A stretch of DNA of 59,558 nucleotides from positions 1-59,558 of the forward strand of contig JBARSI010000045.1 in assembly GCA_049644665.1 (NCBI GenBank), in the 5' to 3' direction. The stretch's first letter is position 1. The number at the start of each line of letters is the position of its first letter. The notes under the pieces are model-generated. The model ran no database searches, was not told the DNA's origin, and was given only the letters and a program-made list of their open reading frames with translations. Shown in pieces: positions 18,743 through 28,691 of this stretch. Source of the stretch: Anaerolineales bacterium (GTDB taxonomy: Bacteria > Chloroflexota > Anaerolineae > Anaerolineales > E44-bin32). Both the position numbers and the translations under genes were made by a program.

Positions 18743-18949
18743 TTACAATGCTGGCGGGTAGTTGATCTCCGTCAGCAGACCGATGATTTTTTCTTCCGTC
18801 GCCGGGGGATCAAACTCTACCTTAACTCGCCTGTCACTTTGTGAGGCTTCAACGTTCAACACACCTTCAAGCTCCCCCACTTCGGTTTGGATCGTGTGCG
18901 TGCAGTGACCACATGAGATACCAGGGACTTCAAATGAAACCGTGCTCAT
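18743..18949 (-). CDS. copZ: Copper chaperone, HMA domain
   Basis: 68 aa. VPGISCGHCTHTI. Confidence 0.85.
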   Translation of the reverse strand: MSTVSFEVPGISCGHCTHTIQTEVGELEGVLNVEASQSDRRVKVEFDPPATEEKIIGLLTEINYPPAL

Positions 18950-18987
18950 CTTATACCTCCATGATTAGTTTCTCGGATTCGGTCCAT

Positions 18988-19257
18988 CTATACTTTCGTC
19001 GCTGTCTCGTAAACTTCAATGATTTCTTTGAGTACTCGTTCGCGCTCTTCCGGGTCATCGCCGCGCACCGCGGTGATCAAACATGAATGGAGATGGTCAT
19101 TCAAAATTTTCGAACTCACCTTGTTTAACGCCGCCTGCACCGCCTGGACTTGTCTGAGTAAATCGATGCAATAGGCATCGTTCTCGACCATGCGCTCAAT
19201 ACCATGAATATGACCGGCAATGTTTTTCAAGCGGTGAAGGGTGTCCTCTCGATCCAT
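18988..19257 (-). CDS. csoR: CsoR-family metal-sensing repressor
   Basis: 89 aa. RLKNIAGHIHGIERMV, AYCIDLLRQVQAVQAAL, HLHSC. Confidence 0.9.
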   Translation of the reverse strand: MDREDTLHRLKNIAGHIHGIERMVENDAYCIDLLRQVQAVQAALNKVSSKILNDHLHSCLITAVRGDDPEERERVLKEIIEVYETATKV

Positions 19258-19275
19258 GATGCCCTCCCATCGTAT

Positions 19276-19297
19276 ACCCCCCCCTACTGGGGTGGGT
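19276..19297. promoter_or_regulatory. Candidate CsoR operator (GC-rich pseudo-palindrome)
   Basis: ACCCCCCCCTACTGGGGTGGGT, between the predicted promoter and the GGGAGG RBS of csoR. C-tract/G-tract inverted architecture like described CsoR operators. Confidence 0.55.
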
Positions 19298-19306
19298 CTT
19301 GCAATA

Positions 19307-19335
19307 ATTGTAGCTTATTAGATGTAGTTTGTCTA
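19307..19335 (-). promoter_or_regulatory. Sigma70-like promoter of csoR-copZ-copA
   Basis: Minus strand: TAGACA (19335-19330), 17 nt, TACAAT (19312-19307). Confidence 0.45.
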
Positions 19336-19381
19336 GTATGATCTATTCCACAGGGTTACCCCGGGGTTTCAGGTGCTTTGT

Positions 19382-20767
19382 TTAGACCTTGGGGATGAGA
19401 TCGAGCAGCGCGGAGAGCGGCAAAGTGGATGATTTAGCACCTGCTGAGGGTGGTGCAAGATCCCGGAGGCGTTCCGACCACCGCCACAGTGAGATTAGAT
19501 CCTCGGGGTATCGTGATGGACGGGCGCCGATACTGGTCCAGGAGAATCCTTCCAAGACCTCCGCCCACCCCGCCCACGGCACCATGTCCGGTGTGTGCGA
19601 GAGTGTGACCAGGCCGCTGAAATAGACGGGCTTCCCGCGGGGGAAGAATTGGCTTTGCGTCTCAAGAAATTCGCGACTATCTGTTGTGTTGAAGATCAAC
19701 CATAGCGGCAACAGACCCGCTGAGAGCACGAGTTGAGGATCATACTGGGTGAAGGTCTCCACCACGACGCCTCCAGCCTCGCGACCCTGCCGGCGATACA
19801 ATTCCTCATGGGCGAGGAACGCCAGGCGGGAAAACCCTTGTGGATTATCGAAAGTGATACGCTCAAAATTGTATCCCTGCTCGAGGGCGAAGGCCTCCAA
19901 TGCCCGGTCGAGGCCCGGCTCACTTCCCCACTCCGATTCGGGCTCCTCGGCCGGCTCTTGACCCGGGAGCCCCCAACCCCCGCGGTGTTTTGAGCCAGAC
20001 TCCGCCAGCGCGCGGTCGATACGCTCGCTGCCTTCAATGAACTCCTGAGGCGAAATACCACCCCAGCCGCCGATTTGGTAGACCTGTCGAGATCCCAGCC
20101 TGTACTGCAGCCAGCGTGCATCGCAATGCAGATAAACGATCGTACCGCCTGGTTTGAGCTTATTCCGCAGAAATTCCCGATAACCTCGCGGTAAATCAAT
20201 CAGCTTTAATCGCAGATGACTGACGACGCGGGTGAGCCATCCATCATGAATCGGGTCGAAGTGTCCAATGGCACTCACCTCCGGATTCATTTCCAGAATC
20301 CGCTCCGCCACGCGCGATGTGAGCGCAAAATGAGGGGGCACTTCGTCTTCGGGGCTCCCGCCTCGCAAACCGAGGATGAACGGTTGGGGAAGGAATGGGG
20401 CACCGAGCACCGCCGCGAGGTGAGCCGTGGCGCCACCCATCGCACTGCCTACAAGGATCGCATCAAATTGACCATCAACCCCATCATAGTCAGCCAGGCG
20501 CGCAGCGATGAGTTGTTCTACCTGGAGTTTTTCTGCTTTATGGGGAGGGAGTGCTGTCCATCGAAATTGCTGGCGGACCACCGCGCGGGCAACCGAGACC
20601 GGTAATCGATTAAGCAGGGCAAGCCCGATCTTCTCAAACGCGTTGAAGTTAAAGACGGTCTCAGGCTGGCCCGAAAGAACCCCGGCAATGAGCCGTGTTA
20701 ATACCGGGGAGGCGCTCTCCGCGCTCTCGAAGGTCTTCCGGCTTATGGCCTTGTTCCCATCAACCAT
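19382..20767 (-). CDS. Hypothetical protein, no recognisable domain
   Basis: 461-aa ORF with GAAGGAAAA upstream of the ATG. Protein-like composition. Lies 23 nt downstream of the MFS gene. Confidence 0.6.
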   Translation of the reverse strand: MVDGNKAISRKTFESAESASPVLTRLIAGVLSGQPETVFNFNAFEKIGLALLNRLPVSVARAVVRQQFRWTALPPHKAEKLQVEQLIAARLADYDGVDGQFDAILVGSAMGGATAHLAAVLGAPFLPQPFILGLRGGSPEDEVPPHFALTSRVAERILEMNPEVSAIGHFDPIHDGWLTRVVSHLRLKLIDLPRGYREFLRNKLKPGGTIVYLHCDARWLQYRLGSRQVYQIGGWGGISPQEFIEGSERIDRALAESGSKHRGGWGLPGQEPAEEPESEWGSEPGLDRALEAFALEQGYNFERITFDNPQGFSRLAFLAHEELYRRQGREAGGVVVETFTQYDPQLVLSAGLLPLWLIFNTTDSREFLETQSQFFPRGKPVYFSGLVTLSHTPDMVPWAGWAEVLEGFSWTSIGARPSRYPEDLISLWRWSERLRDLAPPSAGAKSSTLPLSALLDLIPKV

Positions 20768-20790
20768 TTTTCCTTCTCAGATCATCACGC

Positions 20791-22107
20791 TTAGATATTC
20801 CCGAGTGCCTGCGCTTCTTGCTCGGTCTGGGCACGCGCCCGCATTTCTTCGCGCAGGCTGGAGATATCCTCCGGCACTTTATAAGCCGCAAAAGCCAGGA
20901 TTATCGCTCCCAACACCCAGGCAATCAGGCAGATCCACAGGATCGCATCGTGCAGAGAATAGCGCACCGCTATCAAACCAGCGATGAAGGGAGCTAGCGC
21001 CGCCCCCCCGTTCTCTATGAATAGTTGGATGGCTAAAGCAGTACTGCGGATTTCGGGCAGCGCAACATCGTGTATTGTTGAGACGACATTCGCCGAAGCA
21101 AATGGAATAAATAGTGCCGTCAAGATCAGCATGATCATGAAAAGGCTGCGCTCTGCTATCGGAACATTCATTGTGATTGTAAGCAGCACCGCACCCACCA
21201 GGACCGCAACCATTGCGACAAGCAATCTCCCTCGAGGTGTTCGCTTGAAAGCGAAGTCTCCCACCGCCCCGCCGAGGAAGTAGCCGAAGGCGAGTACAAG
21301 AATCGTCGGACCGAGCGTGAGTAGAATCGCGCTTTCATCGAATCCGCGCTCGACTTCTAAATACCTGAAAAACCAGAAAGTAATTACGTTCCAGGGAAAG
21401 ACACCGACGAACCCCTGAGCGAAGAGCAGCAGGATTGAACGTTTCCGGAATAACCCCAGGGCATGCTTTCGATCGAATTTATAAACACCAATATCCTCGA
21501 GACCCTCGAGCTCTGGCTCACTGCTGCCACGCGGCGCTTCCCGCACCGTAAAGAAAATGATTACCGCCAGAATGAGCCCCAGTGAACCCGTCACATAGAA
21601 GATATTTCTCCAGCCAAGGCTCGAAGCAAAAAAAGTCGCCACGACGAGGCCGAGCATATAGCCCAAAGGTTGGGATAATTGCAAAAACCCGTAGACTTTT
21701 CCGCGCACACTTGGTTTGAAGTAATCAGATAGCAAGCTATACAAACCAGGGTAGCTCGAGTCATCGATACCCGTGGATGCGCGTGTCGCCAAGAATGTTT
21801 TATACGTTGGCGCAATGGCACTTAACCATGTCGTCGCTCCCCAGATGGCTGAGGCAAGCGCCAGCAATTTAGGCCTGGAGAAACGGTCGTAAAGGTAACC
21901 CCATATAGGATAAAGAAATGCGCCAACTAATAAGGCGCCAGTCACTACTGCGCCCATCTGTGCTTCGTTTATCCCGAATGTCTCCATGATTGGCGTTGTG
22001 AGCGGCGCGATGAGGAGACGGTCCGATTGATGCAAGAGCATGAAGGCAAAGAACACTGCAAGAACAAACCAGCGGGACTTCTTGTTAGACGACATTCGCT
22101 CCTCCAT
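20791..22107 (-). CDS. MFS transporter
   Basis: 438 aa with about 12 TM helices. GYLYDRFSRPK loop motif. Confidence 0.85.
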   Translation of the reverse strand: MEERMSSNKKSRWFVLAVFFAFMLLHQSDRLLIAPLTTPIMETFGINEAQMGAVVTGALLVGAFLYPIWGYLYDRFSRPKLLALASAIWGATTWLSAIAPTYKTFLATRASTGIDDSSYPGLYSLLSDYFKPSVRGKVYGFLQLSQPLGYMLGLVVATFFASSLGWRNIFYVTGSLGLILAVIIFFTVREAPRGSSEPELEGLEDIGVYKFDRKHALGLFRKRSILLLFAQGFVGVFPWNVITFWFFRYLEVERGFDESAILLTLGPTILVLAFGYFLGGAVGDFAFKRTPRGRLLVAMVAVLVGAVLLTITMNVPIAERSLFMIMLILTALFIPFASANVVSTIHDVALPEIRSTALAIQLFIENGGAALAPFIAGLIAVRYSLHDAILWICLIAWVLGAIILAFAAYKVPEDISSLREEMRARAQTEQEAQALGNI

Positions 22108-22111
22108 AGGA

Positions 22112-22627
22112 TCAAGTCACCCGAGGTGGAAGCGGCAGCTGATGGCCTTCTTCCGCCTGCGGGTCTTCCCGCAAGAGTTGAATTGCATGGGGCAGCGCGG
22201 GGATGATCACGGCCATATTCTCCGCAACTGCTTTCGGTGAGCCGGGCAAGTTCACTATCAACGTGTGTTTGCGGATTCCAGCAACCGCTCGCGACAGCAT
22301 CGCGTGGGGAGTCTTACTCATGCTGCGCGTCCTCATCGCCTCCGCCAGTCCCGGCGCCAATCTCTCCACTACATTACGAGTCGCCTCAGGAGTCAGGTCG
22401 CGCGGGGAGAAACCTGTGCCGCCGGTGGTCAAAATAAGATCGATCTCGCCGCTATCGCACCATGATGCAAGACGCCCCTCGATTTCAGCCTGCTCATCCG
22501 CGATGATAGCGGATGCGGAAATTTCCCACCCTCGCTGAAGGACAATCTCTTGGATGAGCGGTCCAGATCGATCTTCGCGTTCTCCCCTTGCTGACCGATC
22601 CGAGATTGTAAGAACGGCAACCCTCAC
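22112..22627 (-). CDS. mog: Molybdopterin adenylyltransferase MogA/MoaB family
   Basis: 171 aa. ISDRS, LILTTGGTGFSPRD, NLPGSPKA. Confidence 0.85.
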   Translation of the reverse strand: MRVAVLTISDRSARGEREDRSGPLIQEIVLQRGWEISASAIIADEQAEIEGRLASWCDSGEIDLILTTGGTGFSPRDLTPEATRNVVERLAPGLAEAMRTRSMSKTPHAMLSRAVAGIRKHTLIVNLPGSPKAVAENMAVIIPALPHAIQLLREDPQAEEGHQLPLPPRVT

Positions 22628-23043
22628 TGGATCACCTTCCCAAGAACATATAGATCCATCACTTCAGCTCCAAACGAATCATAGAAATCCAATCCTTCCT
22701 CATTATCTTTCGTAACCAGTAGATAATACTTCCGGCAGCCTTTCAACCACAAGCGACGCTCAAGCTCAACCATCAGCGAGCGCCCTATTCCACTGCGTCG
22801 CTCACCCGGCAATACAGCCAGGTGATAGACGAGGCCACGGCGGCCATCGAAACCGCCAAATACTGTGCCTATAATCCGTCCATCGCGCTCGGTGACAAGA
22901 AAGAGATCGGGGTCACGTTGAAGTTTCTTCTGGATCTCTGCCGGTGAATCCGATGGTGATATCTGAATACCCGGACCCGATGATTCCCAGAGTTCGCGTA
23001 CTCCTTCATAATCTTGTTCAAAGAGAAATTCGCGGATTTTCAT
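22624..23043 (-). CDS. GNAT N-acetyltransferase
   Basis: LAVLPGERRSGIGRSLM acetyl-CoA motif. Start set at ATG 23043 (MKIREF..); the ORF track extends to 23097. Confidence 0.75.
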   Translation of the reverse strand: MKIREFLFEQDYEGVRELWESSGPGIQISPSDSPAEIQKKLQRDPDLFLVTERDGRIIGTVFGGFDGRRGLVYHLAVLPGERRSGIGRSLMVELERRLWLKGCRKYYLLVTKDNEEGLDFYDSFGAEVMDLYVLGKVIQ

Positions 23044-23156
23044 TCTTCCAACCTTAAGGTATAAGACTTGTGCGAACCAGAGATGTCTGGCTCGCACATA
23101 AAGTCATGGGAATTCTTTAAATCAGAATTAAGATATGCAAATGGAAAGAAACAGTT

Positions 23157-24875
23157 TTATCCCCCCTCAGGTTCGACCAGCGCTTTCCAATCACCATGAA
23201 TGCCGTCTTCAGTCACCCCAAAATAAACACGGTGTCCCTTGGCAACTTTTTGGATCAGGTCATATCGCATTCGCGTACCGCGCTTCTGCTGCTTCAACAC
23301 CCCCACATCACCTTTCCATGAGACTTTAACACCCTTCAGGTCCTCTGGTAACTTGCGAAATTCAGAGATTGCGTAATGCCAGAGCCTCCGAGCTGAACTC
23401 TGGGTGACATTCTTGACCACATTTCCATTACGCAAATCACGCATCGTGTAGTACTGGATCCCGTTCCGTTCTTCCGAACCCACGATTTCCACTCCGGTTC
23501 GTGGGTGTTGAATTCCGGCTAGATGCTCCTCAGTGACTTCCGGTTTATCAGGGACATCCGGTTTTGCACGCTGTCCTCGATGCACCAGGTTCACGATTTC
23601 ATCCCGGACTGCAGGCCCTGTCTCCGCTTCATCCCGGACGTAGACTTTGTTATCGTCGACCGCATAGGGTGGATCATCACCCCGGGGGATGCTCACTCGA
23701 ATGACCGTTTTCCCTCTTGTCTCCATCGTATCCACTTGAACATCGAGCGCGGGGCTGATGCGTTTACTTAACTCCCGCTGGAGTTGGCTAACACTTGTCT
23801 TGGCCTTCGTGACCCCAACCGGTTCTTTCTTTGTTTCAGCCGGTATGCCGATATAAAGCGTTCCGCCGTTTGAGTTTGCGAATGCGCAAACGTCAGCGAT
23901 GATCTTATAAAGCCGGCCACCGCGCACAGTCATGCTCTCGTGAAAATCCTGGTTGATACTCGGCCCATCTTCACGTGCACGCTGAATGAAATCGAAGTCC
24001 TGGTCGGTTGCCGGCCAATGAGGGCGCGTGCGCGCGAAGTCATTGCTGATAAACAGTTCTCTCAACGCCGCGAAAGAGATCGTTGGCAGCATCACAAGAG
24101 TTGGTCGATCCCCAATTCCGAGGTTCTTTATGTTCTTCGGATCCGTTCGGATTCTGTGGGCATCTGAACCTTGAATGCAGTGCATTCGACGCGGGTACTC
24201 TGGTTTTGTTCCGTTAAAAAATGCAGCCGTGGTTCTCCGACCCTTCAGCCCTAAATCTGTAACCTCCAATGCATGAAGGTGAGAGTCCTGCGTGTAGGCG
24301 ATCTTGGTTTGACCCCCGAATCCAAAGCCGCGCATCGCTACCCCATGGGTTGAGTTTGCATGCGCTGCAATCGCCAATCCGCCCGCATCATCGATCAGCC
24401 GGTATGCCGTTAGAACGTCAGCGGATGCTCCCACTGTCATCGAGCCGTCGTCAAGCTGGTCAGAGGGAATATTCAGGCTGAGCAGTAGATGCTCAATTTC
24501 TCTCACAGACTTTTCTGGTGGAAAAATCCCGAGAATATGAAAACCCAGTGTAGCCGTAAATTCAAAACCAGGAAAAACCGTAACCTTTTGTAATAGCCGG
24601 CGATACTCCTCAAGTCGTCGGCGCTCATCTTCAGTGAGCCTGTTGAGGGATTCCAGCATCGCCAACTGCTGGATCTCATCCATCATCTGTCTGTAACCCG
24701 CCACGGTGTTATGATCGGTGAAAGCGATGATATCTAGACCACGAGCTTCGCTCCGGCGTAGAATGTCCAAATATGTCACTTCCGGTTCTTGATAATCATT
24801 CGATGCCGGTGTGTGTAAATGCAGATCCATTAATCGCCAGTGTTTCACTGCATTCTTGCTATTTCTTTTTGCCAC
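23157..24875 (-). CDS. PHP-domain phosphoesterase fused to an AlbA_2 (Schlafen-like, divergent-AAA) nucleic-acid-binding domain plus an uncharacterised C-terminal domain
   Basis: 572 aa with a GTG start and AGGAGAAAAG upstream. PHP motifs W..MDLHLHTPASNDY, AFTDHNT, AAHANS, GSDAH. AlbA_2-like KIIADVCAFANSNGGTLYIGI. Confidence 0.7.
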   Translation of the reverse strand: MAKRNSKNAVKHWRLMDLHLHTPASNDYQEPEVTYLDILRRSEARGLDIIAFTDHNTVAGYRQMMDEIQQLAMLESLNRLTEDERRRLEEYRRLLQKVTVFPGFEFTATLGFHILGIFPPEKSVREIEHLLLSLNIPSDQLDDGSMTVGASADVLTAYRLIDDAGGLAIAAHANSTHGVAMRGFGFGGQTKIAYTQDSHLHALEVTDLGLKGRRTTAAFFNGTKPEYPRRMHCIQGSDAHRIRTDPKNIKNLGIGDRPTLVMLPTISFAALRELFISNDFARTRPHWPATDQDFDFIQRAREDGPSINQDFHESMTVRGGRLYKIIADVCAFANSNGGTLYIGIPAETKKEPVGVTKAKTSVSQLQRELSKRISPALDVQVDTMETRGKTVIRVSIPRGDDPPYAVDDNKVYVRDEAETGPAVRDEIVNLVHRGQRAKPDVPDKPEVTEEHLAGIQHPRTGVEIVGSEERNGIQYYTMRDLRNGNVVKNVTQSSARRLWHYAISEFRKLPEDLKGVKVSWKGDVGVLKQQKRGTRMRYDLIQKVAKGHRVYFGVTEDGIHGDWKALVEPEGG

Positions 24876-24914
24876 GAAATACTTTTCTCCTATCGAGGTG
24901 ATGAAAACTTTGTC

Positions 24915-25280
24915 CTACTTTCCACCACCAGAAATATGTTGCGCAATCATCTCCAAGAGCAGGTCAGGCGAATAGGGCTTCAAAAGGAAGTCATCCGCTC
25001 CTTTCAACTTGCTCTCATAACTCAAATCCATCCCTGATGTCATAATGATGGGCAGATCGGCCCATAAAGGATTGGATCGAATTTCAGCCAGGATTTGTAT
25101 CCCATCCTTGTCCGAGAGAATACAATCCATTAAAACAAAATCTGGCTTTTCATCGATCAAGATACCCGGAATTCCTGCCCAGTCCCTACTCGCGAATGCC
25201 TGATACCCTTCGAGCTTCAAGAGAGTAATCAGGAGCGAGGTCGTCGATTCGTCGTCGTCAATAATCAATACTTTCGGCAT
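24915..25280 (-). CDS. Single-domain CheY-like response regulator receiver
   Basis: 121 aa. VLIIDDDE, FVLMDCIL, IIMTSG, FLLKPY. Confidence 0.85.
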   Translation of the reverse strand: MPKVLIIDDDESTTSLLITLLKLEGYQAFASRDWAGIPGILIDEKPDFVLMDCILSDKDGIQILAEIRSNPLWADLPIIMTSGMDLSYESKLKGADDFLLKPYSPDLLLEMIAQHISGGGK

Positions 25281-25347
25281 CAGTGCACTCCACCCGGGGA
25301 GTTATTCCCGCCTGCTTGATGGCTTCCCCTTTATAACTTTTTTCCTT

Positions 25348-27879
25348 TTAACGATTTCTCGTTGTTTTTTTTGATTTTGCGGACCGGGTTCCTTTTGTAC
25401 TTGAAGGGCGGGGGCTCTTGCTCTTCTTCTTCGGTTTAAGAGCAGTTTTGATAGCCTCATCGATCGTATCGATGTAAACAAACTCCATATCCTTCTTGAC
25501 CTCGTCTGGCACATCATCTAGATCGATTTCATTCCTCTTTGGCAGCATTACTGTCTTTAACCCCGCTCGATGGGCTGCCAAGACTTTCTCTTTCACACCT
25601 CCAATCGGTAAGATTTTTCCCCGCAGCGTTACCTCCCCTGTCATCCCAACTTCTGCCCGAACCGGGCGTCCGGTAGCCAGAGATGTCAGCGCCACAGCCA
25701 TCGTCACGCCTGCGGAAGGACCATCCTTGGGTTGCGCTCCAGTAGGAACATGCAGATGAATGTCATGCTCACCCCAAAAATCCTCTTCAATTGAGTATCT
25801 ATCAGATGCCGAGCGAACATAAGAGAGTGCGGCTTGAGCTGACTCCTGCATGATTTGACCAAGTGATCCCGTCAACTGGAACTGCTTGTTGCCAGGCATC
25901 GCCGTCGCCTCGATGAACAGCACATCTCCACCAGCCATTGTATAGGCAAGTCCAGTTGCCACGCCAGGGATTGAGGTTCTTTCGACCAGTTCTTCAGTCC
26001 CGAAGTAGCGGGGCTTTTTTAGGAATTCACGCACGAGTGATTTGCTGATTCGCAGCCTCTTTACTGTCCCCTCAGCAATCCTGGTCGCTACCCCTCGGCA
26101 AACGCGGCCGATTTCGCGCTCGAGATTGCGCACACCTGCTTCACGTGTATGCGAGCGGATGATCGTCCGCAGGGAGGCATCTGTGAAACTTATCTCACTC
26201 TTCTTAAGACCATTCTCCCGTATCTGCCGGGGAAGGAGATAACCTTTCGCAATAGCGATCTTCTCGGTTTCTGTGTAACCCGAGAGGCGGATGACTTCCA
26301 TTCGGTCAAGTAAAGGTGCGGGGATTGTCTCAAGCCAGTTCGCAGTCGTGATGAACATCACCTGCGAGAGATCATATGCCACTTCCAGGTAATGGTCACG
26401 AAATTCCCTATTTTGCTCCGGATCAAGGACCTCAAGCAAGGCTGAAGCAGGATCTCCGCGGAAATCACGCCCCATCTTATCGATCTCGTCGAGCATGAAA
26501 ACAGGATTACGGGATTCCACACGCCGCAAAGCTTGAAGGATGCGCCCGGGCATCGCGCCGATATACGTTCGCCGATGCCCGCGTATCTCGGCTTCATCGT
26601 GAATACCCCCGAGCGAGATGCGAATGAATTTTCGCCCTGTCGCTCGAGCGATCGATCGGCCAAGAGATGTTTTCCCCACCCCCGGAGGCCCAATAAAACA
26701 GAGGATTACCCCTTCTCTCTCGCGACGAATTTCGTCGTTCGCCTCACCGCCAATTGTATCCCCGCGTTCCAGCTTCAATTTTCGAACCGCAAGGTATTCC
26801 AGGATGCGTTGTTTAATATCGATGAGCCCAAAATGATCATCATCGAGAACCTTACGCGCATGCGCTAGATCGAGGTTGTCTTGACTGACCTTATCCCAGG
26901 GGACGGAGGTTAACCAATCAAGGTAAGTCCTGATCACGCCGTATTCAGCCGCAGCAGTTGGCAGTTTCGCAAGTCGGTCGACCTCGCGACGGGCTTGTTT
27001 CTCGGCCTCCTCTGGCATTTTTGCTGCCGTTATCCGCTTGCGGAATTCCTCGATCTCAACTGTTTGCTCATCTCCTTCACCCAATTCACGTTGGATAGCT
27101 TTAAGCTGTTCGCGCAGGAAGTAATCCCGCTGCACTTTTTCGATCTCAGTTCGCGCCTCCTGCTGAATCTGCTGTCCAAGCGAAAGTACTTCAACCTCAC
27201 GGCTGAGTAGGTTGGTGAGGATTTGCAGCTTCTCTAATGTCGACTCCACCTCGAGGATGCGCTGCCCATCATCCAGGTCCATTCGTTGGTAATTCGCAAT
27301 CGTGTACGCGACTTGGAGTGGATCTTCTAGAAGCTGGACACCACCGACAATTTCACGCGGAAGTGAGGGGCCAAGCTCTGAAGTTTGCCGGAACAAGTCT
27401 TTCGCTGCTCGGACCTGCGCCTCGATTTCAACGCTCTCTTCCACCTTTTCGGGTCGGAGGTGAATCCGTGCCACGAGGTAAGGTTCATGGCTGGTGAAAT
27501 TTCCCAACTCGAAACGGGCGATTCCCCTCGCGATCAGGCGAATCGTGCCATCCGGGGCTCTAAACAGCCGCTGAATTGCGGCGACTGTACCGAATGAATA
27601 TAAATTTTCAGGTCCGGGAATCTCCAACTCAGGATTCCGAGATGCAACAAGCCCGATTAATCGATGGTCAGCGGAGACATCATCAACCAATTTGATCGAC
27701 CTCGCCTGACCAATTGTTAACGGCATGGCAGTATGCGGATAAACAACAACCCCCCGAAGGGGCAAGATCGGGAGGTCTTCCGGGATCTGCGATTCCTCGG
27801 TTCCCTGACTCTTGACTTCCTGCGGTTCTCCTTCTGGTACTCCGTCGTGAACTGGGATCTGTGACGAGAAATCGTCCAT
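25348..27879 (-). CDS. lon: ATP-dependent Lon protease (LonA) with a Lys-rich C-terminal tail
   Basis: 843 aa. LON N-domain, [28 protein letters not shown] catalytic Ser. Tail [29 protein letters not shown]. Confidence 0.97.
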   Translation of the reverse strand: MDDFSSQIPVHDGVPEGEPQEVKSQGTEESQIPEDLPILPLRGVVVYPHTAMPLTIGQARSIKLVDDVSADHRLIGLVASRNPELEIPGPENLYSFGTVAAIQRLFRAPDGTIRLIARGIARFELGNFTSHEPYLVARIHLRPEKVEESVEIEAQVRAAKDLFRQTSELGPSLPREIVGGVQLLEDPLQVAYTIANYQRMDLDDGQRILEVESTLEKLQILTNLLSREVEVLSLGQQIQQEARTEIEKVQRDYFLREQLKAIQRELGEGDEQTVEIEEFRKRITAAKMPEEAEKQARREVDRLAKLPTAAAEYGVIRTYLDWLTSVPWDKVSQDNLDLAHARKVLDDDHFGLIDIKQRILEYLAVRKLKLERGDTIGGEANDEIRREREGVILCFIGPPGVGKTSLGRSIARATGRKFIRISLGGIHDEAEIRGHRRTYIGAMPGRILQALRRVESRNPVFMLDEIDKMGRDFRGDPASALLEVLDPEQNREFRDHYLEVAYDLSQVMFITTANWLETIPAPLLDRMEVIRLSGYTETEKIAIAKGYLLPRQIRENGLKKSEISFTDASLRTIIRSHTREAGVRNLEREIGRVCRGVATRIAEGTVKRLRISKSLVREFLKKPRYFGTEELVERTSIPGVATGLAYTMAGGDVLFIEATAMPGNKQFQLTGSLGQIMQESAQAALSYVRSASDRYSIEEDFWGEHDIHLHVPTGAQPKDGPSAGVTMAVALTSLATGRPVRAEVGMTGEVTLRGKILPIGGVKEKVLAAHRAGLKTVMLPKRNEIDLDDVPDEVKKDMEFVYIDTIDEAIKTALKPKKKSKSPRPSSTKGTRSAKSKKTTRNR

Positions 27880-27990
27880 GGTTTCCTCAGCGTCAACGCG
27901 TTCTAGTTTATGGACAGGCTCTAATAATTTGATAATGACACCCCCAACTATCTCTCTTTTCTGATGTACTTGATGTCGGAATAACCGACA

Positions 27991-28422
27991 TCACTTGATA
28001 TCTATCTCACGGGGAATGGCCTTGGGGAGAACGACCTTTAAAAACCCGTCGCTGTACGTTGCTTCGATCTTGTCAGAATCAACCCGGAATGGAACTTGAA
28101 CATTGGAGGCAAACTCGCCGTAATCGATTTCCATTTGGTGATACGTTTTGCAGACGTTAGTGTCTGGACGAGCCCCTCGTATGGAGAGAACTTGACGATC
28201 AATGGTTACAGATATATTCAAACCTCGCATCCCTGCAATTTCGACAACCACCACAATTGCATCATCGGTTTCCAAGACATCCGTCGGGGGATGCCACGCA
28301 TGGGATCGTCGGACAACACGCCCGCCCAAGCCTTCGAAGCCATGTTGATCCCAGGCATCATTCTCACCGGATTTCATCAGCACTCTATCCTTCGAATCGG
28401 ACTCCTTATTCATGATTCGCAC
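27991..28422 (-). CDS. Hsp20/alpha-crystallin small heat-shock protein
   Basis: 143 aa. WHPPTDVLETDDAIVVVVEIAGM..GFLKVVLPK. Confidence 0.85.
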   Translation of the reverse strand: MRIMNKESDSKDRVLMKSGENDAWDQHGFEGLGGRVVRRSHAWHPPTDVLETDDAIVVVVEIAGMRGLNISVTIDRQVLSIRGARPDTNVCKTYHQMEIDYGEFASNVQVPFRVDSDKIEATYSDGFLKVVLPKAIPREIDIK

Positions 28423-28691
28423 ACCTCGCGGAGCATAGACAACCGAACATAAATCATTCTACCACAGCGACACACCGCCAAAGAAATCACGATATGGCGA
28501 CTTTTACTGGTCGACAATGGACCTTTGACGCCTCACATAGTACCCATCCAGTGGTCCGTAAAGGAGGCCTCTAATCCTATGCAAGCTCCGAATGCTTGAA
28601 TTCATGGGTTGGTATCCTCCGGAACCTAAAGTACAATCTCAGGAAGACGAAAATCGATTAACTGCACATTGGTGCAGTGTCGGAGGGTACT

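Noticed and set aside
25302-25517. 71-aa Lys/Arg-rich ORF overlapping the Lon 3' end
   Set aside because: It is an alternate frame of the Lys-rich Lon tail region with no independent RBS.
27971-27993. Hairpin TGATGTCGG-AATAA-CCGACATCA sharing the ATGTCGG/CCGACAT arms with the 24-bp palindrome at 32800
   Set aside because: Only a 7-mer is shared and the arm order is reversed. It overlaps the hsp20 stop codon, so it is likely a coincidental local hairpin rather than a repeat family.
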